Below are positions 35,956 to 50,999 of a stretch of 64,000 nucleotides of DNA, piece after piece (within the stretch, counting starts at the first letter, position 1; each line of letters opens with the position of its first letter). The translations under genes were made by a program, and so were the position numbers. Location: assembly GCF_009914755.1 (NCBI RefSeq), contig NC_060941.1, one strand, 5' to 3'. The notes beneath the pieces are model-generated. The model was not told the origin of the DNA. It searched no databases and worked only from the letters and a program-made list of their open reading frames with translations. This DNA is from the human T2T-CHM13v2.0 reference genome, Homo sapiens.

Positions 35956-37353
35956 GAGAAGAATTTTTAATGAAATGGGAATTTAAAGGGTTTTACACAA
36001 AGCACCAGAATCTATTCCGCTCCTTCTCATAATGCTCAAATTATTTTTACTGCCATGGGTTATAAATGCATGTTTGTATTACTGCTTCTGAGAGAAACTG
36101 ACCTATTGCTTAGAAGGTGCTTACTGCTTTAAGCGTGCCGTCTCCTGCCTCACCCAGTATAAGGGTGTCAAGTCCCCAGTAAAAGGCACTCAGTGGTTAA
36201 GATTACAAGATTTATCCCAGAACTGACCTTATTTTACACTACCAACCCTGCCCAATCTCCACCTGACTTTTGTTGATATGTCTCCTGATCTTCTGGCCTC
36301 CCTTTTAATAAACTCCACAGAGTTGTGGCTTTGATTTAGCTACATCTCTAACTGAAAGATTTGATTCCTGTTTTTTTCTCTCCCTAGTCCAGCACTGCTC
36401 AGACTAACCACCTGGTATTCTGACATCTCCTGCTTGGCCTTATGACCTTCCTTTACAAATAACACTTATGAGCAGCTCTGTTGGACACCACTCAGTGTTT
36501 ATAGTCACCAGCTCTCCTCGATTCTTGCCCAAGAGTGTTGATATAGAACACTCATGATCATTCTCAAATCTTTTAAGAAAGAAATTCAAGTTAGCTATGA
36601 AGCCAAAAGTTTTTTTGTTTTTTTTTTTTTACAAAAGATGTTATAAAAGGTGACATGCACACACAAGTATAAAAAATGGAAAATCAAGATAATGTCTAAT
36701 TTAAGTTAAGCTAATTACTTTTGATGAAAACGTATTACTTTAAAAAAGATTTATACACCTCTAAAGCCGTTCAAAATATATCAGCATAGAAAGATTTTGA
36801 TGCTCATAATAATTTTTATATATAAATTATCAGGGGGGAAAAGTCAAACTCCAATAGAAAAAGGACTATTTTCACAAATTAAGGGTACACATACAAGAAG
36901 AAAATATTAATAAGATTAAGAAGTTCATCTCTATTGATGTTATGAAAATTTCAGCCTTGAACACTAACTTATGGCCACAAATCCAATCATAAACCATTTC
37001 AAATGGACCAGGAAAAGACCCCAATGTCATGGAAAGAGTAGCTGCTTGAAGGTCAGAAAGCCTAAGAGCTGGTCTTCCTGGTCCTGCCATCAACTCACTT
37101 TGTGCTGGGGGCTGAGTTGCTAGGCCTCTTCTAGACTCAGTTTCCTGACGTGAAAGTTTACTCCTGAGGCCTCCCAGGTCTGTTTAATATGGGATCACCA
37201 GGAAACAACATAAAACACAGCAGTAAACTTAACAGGAGTCTCCCTGTCAGATCCTTGAACTGATTTCACATGAAGAACATTTAGAAGGCAGGTTTCAGAA
37301 CCCTGGACAGAGCCATTTTGACTCAGAATGAGGCACGGAGTGAAAGCCATTTA

Positions 37354-37494
37354 GGCTGGGTATAGTGGCTCATGCTTGTGATCCCAGAACTTTGGGAGGC
37401 TGAGGGGAGAGGATCACTTGAGGTCAAGAGCTTGAGACTAGCCTGGGCAATAGAGCAAACCCCCTGTCTCTACAAAAAATAGTAATATAAAAAA
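37354..37494 (+). mobile_element. FLAM / AluJ left monomer
   Basis: Single Alu monomer ending in an A-rich tail. Confidence 0.88.
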
Positions 37495-38622
37495 GCAGTT
37501 TGTCTGCCAGAGTAGGAAAAAAATCAAAGGACAAGAAAATGTCTGAATGTCAATTTTTAGGAAGACTGTCCTCAACTACCCAAAGTGGTGTTTCTTACTA
37601 CATTATTTGTGCTCCTAAAGCACTGTATAAAGATGTCTATTAGAACCCATGTTAACATCCCTGGCAATATCATGAACTTCTTAAAGCAGGGCTTCTCAAG
37701 TTTTAGTGCTTGTCCGAGTCATCACAGCCAATCCTCAGACCTTCCTGCCCAAACCACTCTTTAATTAGTATTTACTAAGGCCAATCTATTGCTGCATGAA
37801 CTTTTAGGATTCAAGAATCTGACATACAGTTATGATACTCTGTCTTAGCCTCTCCTTATAAGGATGTTGACAGCCAGAAGAATCACATTGAATCAAAGCC
37901 AGTGATAGAATTCTGTCAATGACTGATTATACTTATACAGTTAGCAGCCCCTCCTAGGAGATTGCCCTGTTGATCCAAGAATCACCAAGAGCTTTTCCTG
38001 AGCCATAGCTTTATAGGGCATGCTATGCTATTTTGCCCATCATGAAAGAGCTGGCAGTCCACAAATAACCTGAGGGCAGGATCACACTCTAAAGTGACTT
38101 GAGCAAATGATTTGTGTAAGCTAATGTGAACCTCCTATGGCTGTGCTGTCATCAAAACACTGGGTCAAATCAAATAAGTCCATCAAGGTGCTATAAAATA
38201 TGCATGCAAAGAGAATGGATGTGATGTTGTTGAGAATAATAAAACAGTCCATAAAAGCTATGAAATAAATCAACTGTTCTTTCAGGCATGGAATACAAAA
38301 CACCACATACATCCATATATATTATATATGCTGTAAGCACACATTTATTATATATGAGCACTTATTGACATGCTAGAGAAAACAAAGTGATTAAGGTGTT
38401 TGCTTCGTGGAAGCAATCGCCATCAAGGAAGCATTGGCACAGGGACTGAAACAATCCTTTGCCCTCTGATCAATGGCTTTGCCAAGGATAATCTCACTGG
38501 TGAACACTTCTTGTGGGGAACATGTGTATCCCTAGAAAGGATGAATTACAAATAAGAAATACAGGGGGTGGTGGGATTATTCTTATGCCATGACTCAGGC
38601 AGCTAGCTCTAAGATGTTCTAA

Positions 38623-39478
<856 letters not shown>

Positions 39479-40372
39479 TAAGCAATGTCAGCATTACTTA
39501 CTGAGCATGTGTATGCGACAGCCCTTTTCTATGTACCAGAGGGTCAGAACCACAGACACAAATGAACTACCACCACTACCCTGAGAGAGTTCATCATGTA
39601 CCTTCAAAGACTCATGTGTAGGCAACTAATGCAAATGCCAAGAAGAATGAAACATGTACCTTAAAAGATAATATAACCAAAGGAAGAATTACTAATCCCA
39701 ACTGCAGAGATTTTGGGAAAGGGTCCCAGTGTCCTGTACAAGATGGCATTTGAATTTTGACTGAGGAATAGGATTTTTTTTATTGGTAAAGAAATGGGAA
39801 AAGCATACCCAGGTAAGAAACAGCACGTTAAAGACAGAGAGCAGAAAGGCAGTGGCTACACTTGGTCTTTTCTATGGAGAATTTCTGCAGTGCCTGTGCT
39901 CCCATAAGTCTCTGGCTAGAATGGAAATACATTTCCTTCCTTTTGATAGCACAAAGAATAGGGTTTATTCCACAGAGTGACTTGGAACCTTAGTCATAGT
40001 GTTTTTTCAGCTTTATTACTCACCTACCTGTGATAAGGGCCTCTCCCAGCAAAGTGTCTTGAATCACTAAAAGTTTGTCTCTCCTTCGTAGGGCTCATAG
40101 TTGACACAGGGGCCAGAGACCAAGCAAGTTCAAGAGTAGCACCCCAAACCATTGTTTCTTCAGAAATTATCAGCCCCATCCCACCAGATTTATGACAAAC
40201 CTACGGTGTTCTTCCCCCTTCAGAGACCTCTTTGTATCTCTCTGCTATCTGCCTTCTGTCAAGAGATTTCCAGTGTTTAGACATCTCAATACATGTCAGA
40301 ACTCCAAATGTAGAAAGGATTCAAGTCTCCTTGTAAGGGTATACTAGGTCCTGAACAAATAGAGACCATTTA

Positions 40373-40577
40373 CAGAGCTGTCTGGAGCTGGCTCATACTA
40401 GCTTGCAAGAGCCAATTGTTAAATTTTCAGGAATTTTGCAAACTGGTTAATACCATATTGGTAGCTTGAAATTGGCCATGGTTGGAGAATTTATATCACA
40501 GAGACTGGTAAAGGCTACAAATTAGGACTCTTATTTCCAGGGAGCTTATTGTTAGGTTCTTGCCAGTACTGCACCAA
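40373..40577 (+). mobile_element. MER63-like hAT DNA transposon
   Basis: ctggagctggctcatactagcttgcaagagccaattgttaaattttcaggaattttgc...ttggtagcttgaaattggccatgg. Confidence 0.8.
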
Positions 40578-40779
40578 GTATGTAACTCTAAATAGCCCTC
40601 AAACCTTCCACACCAGTTAGCCAAAAGCACCTAAGTGGCTTTCAGAGGATTACCATCTTACTCCATATGCATGGAATGTTGGTGTCTCAGGGAGTGTTGA
40701 GAGATATATATCAACAATGGTGCTGATCAAACACCCACTGTCAAGAGTTCAATGTGCTGTAGGAGAAGAAGAGAAGTGC

Positions 40780-41160
40780 TGGAGTTTAGTTTCTAAGCAT
40801 GCTGGCTCTAATCTTTACTAACTGTGGGATTTGAGGGAAGTTATTTAAGTCTCTGCATTGTTTTTTTTCCCTCACCTGCAAAGTGGGGACCATAATACTT
40901 ATGTAACAGCGTTAAAGATTAAATAAAATAATATTTGAAGGTACTTAGAACAAGGTACAGAACAGAGTAAGTACCCAATAAATGATGACAATGAGGATAG
41001 ACAACTAGGTTCAAATGCTGGCACTGCTACTTTTCAGTTTGTACCATCTTGTTAAACTTATTTCACTTCTCTGAGCCTCGGTATTTTTCCTATAAAGAAT
41101 TGGAAAAACATAAACTCCTTCACAGAGTGCAGTGCATTAGGTAGTTGGCACTCAGCAATC
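40780..41160 (+). mobile_element. Two tandem MIR copies
   Basis: tactaactgtgggatttgagggaagttatttaa...acttagaaca; ggttcaaatgctggcactgctac...ttctctgagcctcgg. Confidence 0.75.
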
Positions 41161-41169
41161 GTTCTATCA

Positions 41170-41630
41170 TCCTGATCTCAGTATTACAGGACCTGGGAGG
41201 CAAAAAACTACATCTCCCACACTCCCTTGGAGCTAGCATTCATAAGCAAATTAGGTTCCACCAATACAACGTACTTGTTTGAAATGTAGATGCAAGAGAG
41301 AGGCCAATTTTTTGCTTTTTGGCTTTCTTTATTGGCAAGCATGGCTGTGGAGATGTTGGGCTTCACTGCAGCACAATTCTAGTGTCCATGACTGGCCATG
41401 GGTGTGCTGAGAGGCAATTGTGCTGGCTGGGGTGGGCCTTTGGTTCTGCTCCTTTTGACTGTGGCAGTAGAAGCAGCTCTCCTGGTTTCCACAGTGTTGT
41501 TCTGGGAGTCACTCTGAGTGTCCAGCCTAGTGTTTTTCTTCAGCCCACCCAATGATGTAAATACACATTTCACTGCCTAAAATGACCAAAAACGTGTTTG
41601 TGTTCTGCAACTAGACCCTGATTGATAAGC
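41170..41630 (+). mobile_element. LTR33-like ERVL LTR
   Basis: aaactacatctcccacactcccttggagctag...aggttccaccaat...cagcccacccaatg...ttctgcaactagaccctgattgata. Confidence 0.65.
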
Positions 41631-42677
41631 AGTGTTTGGGAGGATTACACAAGCACATAGGATAGTGCACCAGACCTGCAACACTTACTATTGTGCCTGG
41701 CTTCTATTGTGTGTTCTTAATAAATCTGAGTTCCTTTTCTTCCCAGACTTGTCAACCCTCCTTTGTCAATGGAAGAAAAAGACCCAGTTAACTATGGCTT
41801 TTAATCAGCATGACTTGTTTTATGAACTTCCTGTGTAGAGTGTAGGGGAAATGTATATATTTGCTTCCTGAAGAATCCAGACCAATGCTCTAAGTCCATT
41901 TTTGTACATATAAATACTTGAAGGATACCAAACAATATTACAAGACTGTGGCTTTCATGGCCAGGACTATGTGGTATATTTTCCTTGAGAGTTAAGAATC
42001 AGGTTTGGGTTCATTTATGCCCATTCTTAGTGGAGGTTTTGTCCAACCCCTAATATCATCTTATTAATTCCATTAAAAATTTCTCATCTGAGCATCTACT
42101 CTTGGAGTAATTATTAAAAAAAAAAAAAAAAAACAAAAACTGAAAACTCAGCTCTCCTTTATCTGCTCTTTTATTCAAGTCATTTTCAAATTTGTTTCCC
42201 AGGCAATAGTAATTGTTTCAGTAATTAAAATGTCAGGAGGCGGGCAGAGTTGATTAGAATAGCCTCTGACCACATGCACCAGGAAAGGCATATGAGAGAG
42301 CACCAGGTGACCTCATTATTAACGTGGTCTATTATATTAACCTTGTTACACATGTAAAATGTACTGAAAACATTGATACTCAGCTCTTCCTTGTTTTGTT
42401 TCTGATACCTCAAGCAATAGCCCACTATTAGAATTAACCACTGCAAGATTATTACAAAATGAAGGACAGAAAAATGAAATGTAGATATGAGTTGAAATAA
42501 CTCTAACACCAAATTCAGCATCTATTTCTATTACTCATATAGAGTGTCTGTTTTACCCAAGGCTATTGCAACTTAAACTGGGTCTTTCCTCCTGTTGACA
42601 TGTCTCCACGCTTACCCTTGGGCATCCTGTATAGGGTAGGGTGAGGGGTAGTGAGTAAGGAAGATGTTTTTCTTCTG

Positions 42678-43028
42678 TTTTTTTTTCTTTTCTTTTCTTT
42701 TCTTTTCTTTTCTTTTCTTAGGGTCTTTCTTTGTTGCCCAGGCTGGAGTGGTTTGATCATGGTTCACTGCAGGCTTGACCTCCTGGGCTCAAGCCATCCT
42801 CCCACCTCAACCTCCCAAGTAGCTGGGACTACAGGTGTAAGACACCACCCCCAGCTAATTTCTAAATGTTTTTTAGAGATAGGGTCTCCCTATATTTCCC
42901 AGGAACCAGGAGAGCTGCTTATACTCTTATACTGCCCAAGTTAGTCTTGAACTCCTGGGTTCAAGCAATCCTCCCATACTGGCCTTCCAAAGTGCTGGGA
43001 TTATGGGTATGAGGCACTGTGCCCAGCC
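42678..43028 (-). mobile_element. AluJ with a ~37-bp internal insertion
   Basis: (CTTTT)n tail, ttgacctcctgggctcaagc J-type motif; extra sequence at 42904-42940. Confidence 0.9.
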
Positions 43029-43878
43029 TAGAAAGGCAGTTTTGACCTGGATCTAGATCTGTGTTCCTAGACTGATGGAGAACCATGGTATTATTAGAAG
43101 GTTACCAAGTCACCGTGATACACTTAACACTTTCAAGAGTCAACACAATGGAACGACAAATACTTTTGAACTTAAAAGTCATTTAAGCTCTGTTTACAGC
43201 TCACAGTCCTTCTTCATGTGGAGGCAGCTTTATGCAATGGGGAAGAAGGCTGTTTCTGCAGTCATTCTAATCTGGGTTCTATTCTTTATACTGCACCCCA
43301 ATCTCTGGGACAGAGACAAGTCTCTCAGCCCTGTTCTTTTGTGTTTTTACTTATTTTTAATTTTTTCAACTTAAAAAGTTATTTATATTACTAAAGTTTA
43401 TTTTTTGGGGGGGGTATATAGTTAAATGAGTTTTAGTACATGTGGATTATTGTAGCCACTGCCAAAATCAGGATACAGAACAATTCCAACACCCCCAACA
43501 TTTCCCTCAAGCAGTTTCTTTTAACTTAACTCCCCTTCACCACCCTCTGACACTTCTTACTCCTGGAGACCGCTGATTGTTATCTATTCCTATTTCTTTT
43601 TTCCAGAATGTTCTATAAATGGAATAATATAAAACTTTTTGGAGTCAGTTTCCTTGACTTAGCACAATGCCTTTGAGATTCATATATGCTATTGCATTTA
43701 TCAATAGTTCATTTCTTTTTATTGCTGAGTAGTATCCCATTGCATGGGGACCATGGTTTATCTGTTTAACTATGGAAAGACATGAGAGTTGTCTCCAGTT
43801 GTCAGTGATATAGATAATGCAGCTATAAACATTCATGTGTAGGTTTTATGTGAAGATAAAATTTTATTTCTTCTCTCG

Positions 43879-44197
<319 letters not shown>

Positions 44198-44219
44198 AGT
44201 TTTTATTTCTTTAGTGCAA

Positions 44220-44410
44220 AATGTCTCCACCTTGAATTTAAAGTGGAATAACCCTTTGTTGTGGGGAATGTCCTGTGCATTGCAGGATGTTTGGCAGCAT
44301 CCTTGGATCTATCCATTAGGTACCCGTAACAGCCTCTGAACCAGTTGTGAAAACCAAAATGTCTCCTCACATTACCAAATGTTGGGGGGCAAAATTGACT
44401 TCAGTGAAGA
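44220..44410 (-). mobile_element. MER20 hAT-Charlie DNA transposon
   Basis: ctttgttgtgggg..tgtcctgtgcattgcaggatgtttggcagcatcc...ccagttgtgaaaaccaaaatgtctcc..acattaccaaatgt.gggggcaaaat. Confidence 0.9.
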
Positions 44411-44679
44411 CTTCAGTGAAGAATTCAGTGACTTACTGAAGACTTCAGTAAAAACTCATAAGCAAGATCCTGGTCCATATGGTAGTATATGTTTCACTTT
44501 AAATGAAGCTGCCAAGCTATTTTTCAGGGCATCTGTACCATTTTGCATTCCCCCAGCTATGCCTGAGAGCTCCAATTGTTCTGTATCTTTGTGAGTACTT
44601 GATATTAGCAGGTTTCTTAAATTTTTTGCCATTCTGTAATTAGGGAGTCCCTTGATTTTAAAATCAGGAACGACACCGT

Positions 44680-45060
44680 GGCAAATATTAGTGCATGCAG
44701 CTCACTAATATTTCTAGTTCTGAAATTCTCCTCACTTGAGAAAGTTTCATTTCCTGCTCCTTTTAGGTTGCATGTGACTATATGAATTGGCTTGGCTAGA
44801 GTGAAAGTGGGGTGGGTCACTTCATGGTGGACATGTGTAGGAGCTGTTGCACACTGCTCCATCTTCCCTCCCCCAAGCTTTAGCAACCACCTACAGTCCA
44901 GATGGTGGAGATGTCATCAGCCAATGTTGCTGAGTAGAAATGACATGGAAGAGAGTACCCTGCCAAACCTCAAATGGACATGAGGTATGTGTGAGAAATA
45001 AAACTTTGTTTAAATCCACTGGTATTTTGAGATTGTTTGCTAGCTTATTTTGACTAAATC
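44680..45060 (+). mobile_element. MLT1I/J-like MaLR LTR
   Basis: catgtgact...gtcacttc...tccagatggtgg...atggacatg...gtgagaaataaaactttgtt. Confidence 0.7.
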
Positions 45061-45579
45061 AAATTACTATGTGATAGACTCATTGTGAGCATTTATGTGA
45101 CAAATGTGGGTAATGCATTTAACACAATTCTTGGCTCAAAAGGAGTTCAGAGTGAATGATTGCTACTATTATAACTATTTACTCTTCCCTGACCATCCCG
45201 CATCATGATGATTCTCTCTTTGATAAACTCACAGCTTTTACTCTCTGTAATGCATTAGCAGAACTACTTTAGCTTCTTCAATGCACCTTGGCAATAAATC
45301 AAATTCAAAGATATGAAGTTAAGTACCCATTTCATTGACCACCTGATCATCAGGTGTGCTGGTACACCATCTAAGGTTCAAGGGGGTAGCATCACTGTAT
45401 TGGTGCAAACATCTCTAAATGACAATTAGTATTACTAAGTCATTTTAAAACCTGTCTTCTATAGGTCAGTGTATAGAAGGTCTTTCATTAACCAGCAACT
45501 TTTTCACATTTTTTGTCTATTTGTCCATTTCCTAAGAATATAAAGAGAGGTAAAGAGGTATAAAAACACAGTGATTCTC

Positions 45580-46060
<481 letters not shown>

Positions 46061-46542
46061 CATTAGTTGTAGAAATGTAGGAAGTATGACCCTAAGAAAC
46101 TTGGCAAGACGCAGAAAAACTCCTGCAATTACCCCAGCTATTTAGAGATGTGAAGAGTTTCTATTACCTACCTGGCAGAATCACAATCTGTCATAGGATA
46201 TTTTTCACATTATTGTTCAAGATTGAAATGTATCCCTGGCTCTGATCTAACTGGCAGACAGACCTGAGGAAGAGAACTCAACTCTGTAGGCACCAGGGTT
46301 CATATCTGCAAATTGTGTGAGTTGGGCTTCCACCTATAAAAATCTTTGATCCATTATCTTCTGTGATCCAGGTATTCATTTTAATTACTCAATCAGATTA
46401 TTGCATGTATTGAGGAATCTTCTACATTTTCCAGGATTTTAATACATAATATGAGCCAAAGAAATGTTTTTCAAGCTTATAACTATTCATTCACTGACAA
46501 ACAGGGTGCTCTTCCAAGGAACTCTTTTTCAATTTTTTCATG

Positions 46543-46545
<3 letters not shown>

Positions 46546-46624
<79 letters not shown>

Positions 46625-46652
46625 TATGTGTGTTTGTGTATATATATATATA
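46546..46652. repeat. Compound (AT)20-(GT)n-(TA)n microsatellite
   Basis: Direct reading of sequence. Confidence 0.97.
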
Positions 46653-46689
46653 ATGAACAAATATAACAATAAAATTCTATAATTCCCAA

Positions 46690-47060
46690 ATCTCAAAATA
46701 ACCACTTTTGGCATTTTAGATTATTGTTTTCATTTTTAAATAAAAACATATACTATATAACTTTGTGACTTTCCTTTTTATTTTCCATTATAACATGAGA
46801 ATTTCCCCATGATTCAATTTATTCAAAATGGAACTTAAACAACTGAATAGTTTCTTATCAGTTGGTTATCACACTTGTGTAGCCATTTATCTACTGTCAG
46901 ATATTTCAGGTGGTTTCTAATTATTGTCCACTGAACATGGTGTTACAGTGAATTTTTTCATGTGTAGCTCTATTTCTTTAGGATAAACTACCAGAATTGG
47001 AATTACTGGGGAGACAAATACTACAAATAGCTGCATAAGCCTTTAAAATGTCCTATTTTA
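46690..47060 (-). mobile_element. L1ME fragment
   Basis: agccatttatctactgtcagatatttcaggtggtttcta...tatttctttaggataaactaccagaattggaattactggg. Confidence 0.7.
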
Positions 47061-47588
47061 ATTATTTTCTTCTTCTACTCATCTTTCTTACTGCTCCCAA
47101 GATTATCTATCTAACCCAGAGATTCTACTCTCTATTCTACTTCATTAAATCTACTATGGGATCCCCATTCAAGACAGTGGAGCTGAGCACACTTATTTGA
47201 TAACTCCAGACTTCTCAATATTATTAAGATGAACAAAAAGGTCTAAAATAAAGACCTACATCAACGAAAACTCTAGAAAACAGGAGTAGATAGAAACGTT
47301 GAGAAACTTCTGAATGATAAAGAGCAAGTAAGATAGGCTTGGCTGAAGTGAGGACCAGAGAACAGAGTGTCCCAAAGCTGACCAATGAAAAGCTCACTGC
47401 AGAGAGGTCATTGCTCCCAACAGAATCCTGGAGAAACTGTGAGCATGAGGAGCAGAAATGAAATGCAAAAAGTCCCCTATTAAATTCTTCTTATCCACAT
47501 TAGGGAGGAGAATTCTTCTAAAAAGAAAAGGAAGTGACATGTGTCCGTGAGTGAACTTCACTGACCAATGGCACTCCTTGAGTGAAGG

Positions 47589-48376
47589 TGTATTAATCAT
47601 GTCTTCTATTTTCTGTATGCTTTGATATCTGGGGCCTAGGTGACTCAGGAGGAAGTGCCCCTCCAAGGGTTAGCCAATTCCTAGACATAATGAACAATTT
47701 GCCTCTAAGCATGCCTTTCATATGCAAACTGGCCAATCCAGAATCCACACCTCAACTATCTTCTTTATAGGGCTCTCATACTCCAGGCCACTAACCACCT
47801 GCTCTAATCACCCCAGAGCCTGCTGAAACTAATAAGCCAGTCCTAACCCTGCTTTCCTTGCCTTACCTCTTCCAGCAGAAACCGTAATAAGGCTCTTCCC
47901 CATAGTTCCCTCCTCCCTTTATTCCTCCTGACCAACCCTGGTATGTCCCCGTGTGGTACTGAGTAGATTGGCATGCCCCTTCCTCTTGGGAACTGTCAGC
48001 AAAAAAATATTTTTTTTTCTTTTTTTTTGAGGCAGGGTCTTGCTCTGTCACCCAGGCTGGAGTGCAGTGGCATGATCTTGCCTCACTGCAACCCCATTTC
48101 CAGGGCTCAAGTGATCCTTCCTCCTCAGCCTAACAAGTAGATGGGACGGCATGTGCCAATGCACCCAGCTAATTTTTGTATCTTTTGTAGAGATGGTGTC
48201 TTGCCATGTTGCCCAGGCTTGTCTTGAACTCCTGGGCTCAAGCGATCCTCCTGCCTCAGCCTTTCAAAGTGCTGGGAGTATAGGTGTGAGACATTGTGCC
48301 CTGCCACAAAATGTCTTTTCCGTGGCAATTATTTTCTAATCTGTTGGGCTCACTGCACCTCACATTTTTAATACCT
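47589..48376 (+). mobile_element. MER74-like ERVL LTR, interrupted by AluJ
   Basis: tgtattaatcatgtcttctattttctg start; tgcccctcc..gggttagccaattcctaga; gcctttcatatgcaaac..gccaatccaga. Confidence 0.78.
48010..48305 (-). mobile_element. AluJ (Jb-like)
   Basis: Antisense dimeric Alu with gaactcctgggctcaagcgatcctcc. Confidence 0.92.
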
Positions 48377-48539
48377 TCCCAACTTAACTGTTGACTCCCT
48401 GCCAATCTCCTATAGGAAATCTTATTTATTGGCATATCTGGTAAGTTTCAGTAATAAAAAAAAATAAGTAATGAAAGACTTACGTGGAAGCATGAAAAAA
48501 ACCAATGTTCATAGTGCATTGATAGATGAAGAAAGAAAC

Positions 48540-49900
<1,361 letters not shown>

Positions 49901-50719
49901 TGTATATATGTGTTTATAAAAATATTTTATAAAAGATAGCTATTTATATATACAAAATATAAGTAATTGATGAAAAACTGTTTCATAAAATTATCGTGTT
50001 ATATTATCATATCCTTTTTCATTTTTCCCAGTTAATCATTTGAATTCCCATAAGCCTTAGTACAAGAAAATCCAGGATCTCCCACTTGAGATTGCCTATC
50101 CCCAGAATTGTCCCAAAACCTCAGCACCTCATTAATGCCAATTGTAAATTGTGTGTGTGTATGGGTGTTGGGGGAGGATGGCAATCCATCTTCCAGATTC
50201 AAAAGATGGAACTAAATGGGGCTGGCTTTCTCCAGGTATCACCTGACTACATCGACCTGGCATAGTCAAGTCTATGATGGTAACACTTGACTGTGATAAT
50301 GCCGCCTGATTTAGGATGTCAAGTACTTGGTACTCATAGGGTGATGCTCCCTATGGCTTTTGGGCTGAGTTCAGCTGTGAGTGTGGCTCTCTGTGCTCAG
50401 CTCTCTTGTTCCTACACAAACAACTTCACGGGTCTCTGCCAGCCAGAGCACCGAGTCAAGACTGGAATTTGTCAGCTTACAGACCTAACCTTGCCATCCT
50501 CCTTCCCTCTCTAGGGAGCCTACAAAGAGGTCCAGGAAGGTTTTCTTTTTAAAATGTCAGAAGTTGCTATTTGTTCTCCTTTCTCAGAATAGAGTAATAG
50601 TTTGGCACTTCTCTCTTGAAAAAAGTTGTGCTCCCAACAGATATAATCCTGGCCGGGTACATCTTGGGTAAGGTACTGGTGGAAAATTTTGTTTGTATGA
50701 TAGATTTTATGTGTACAGT

Positions 50720-50945
50720 GCAGGTCTAGAAGAATTCACACTAAACTATTAGTGGTGGGTCATCTCCTTTTGGGAAGGCAGGAAGTAATGGGAGTGAAAC
50801 TAAGTAACTACTGTCAGTCACATTTACTCCTTAGCACTTTGGAGTAAACTGTGGTTTGATTTTATTTTGACAGGGTTAACAAACTTGGACATACACACAC
50901 ATACATAAACACTCATGCAAATCAACTTAAAAATAATACAATAAA
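50720..50945 (+). mobile_element. L1ME 3' terminal remnant carrying TF motifs
   Basis: aggtctagaagaattcacactaaactattagtggtgg resembles the L1ME3/4 end aggtctggaaggatatacaccaaactgttaacagtgg. Confidence 0.5.
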
Positions 50946-50999
50946 TTTTCTTTCTCTCTTCTAATTTTTCGTTTTCTGTTGGATCATTCTTCTCTGTGT

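Noticed and set aside
41207-41219. ZNF143/THAP11-type motif ACTACATCTCCCA
   Set aside because: Part of the LTR33-like sequence; no promoter context
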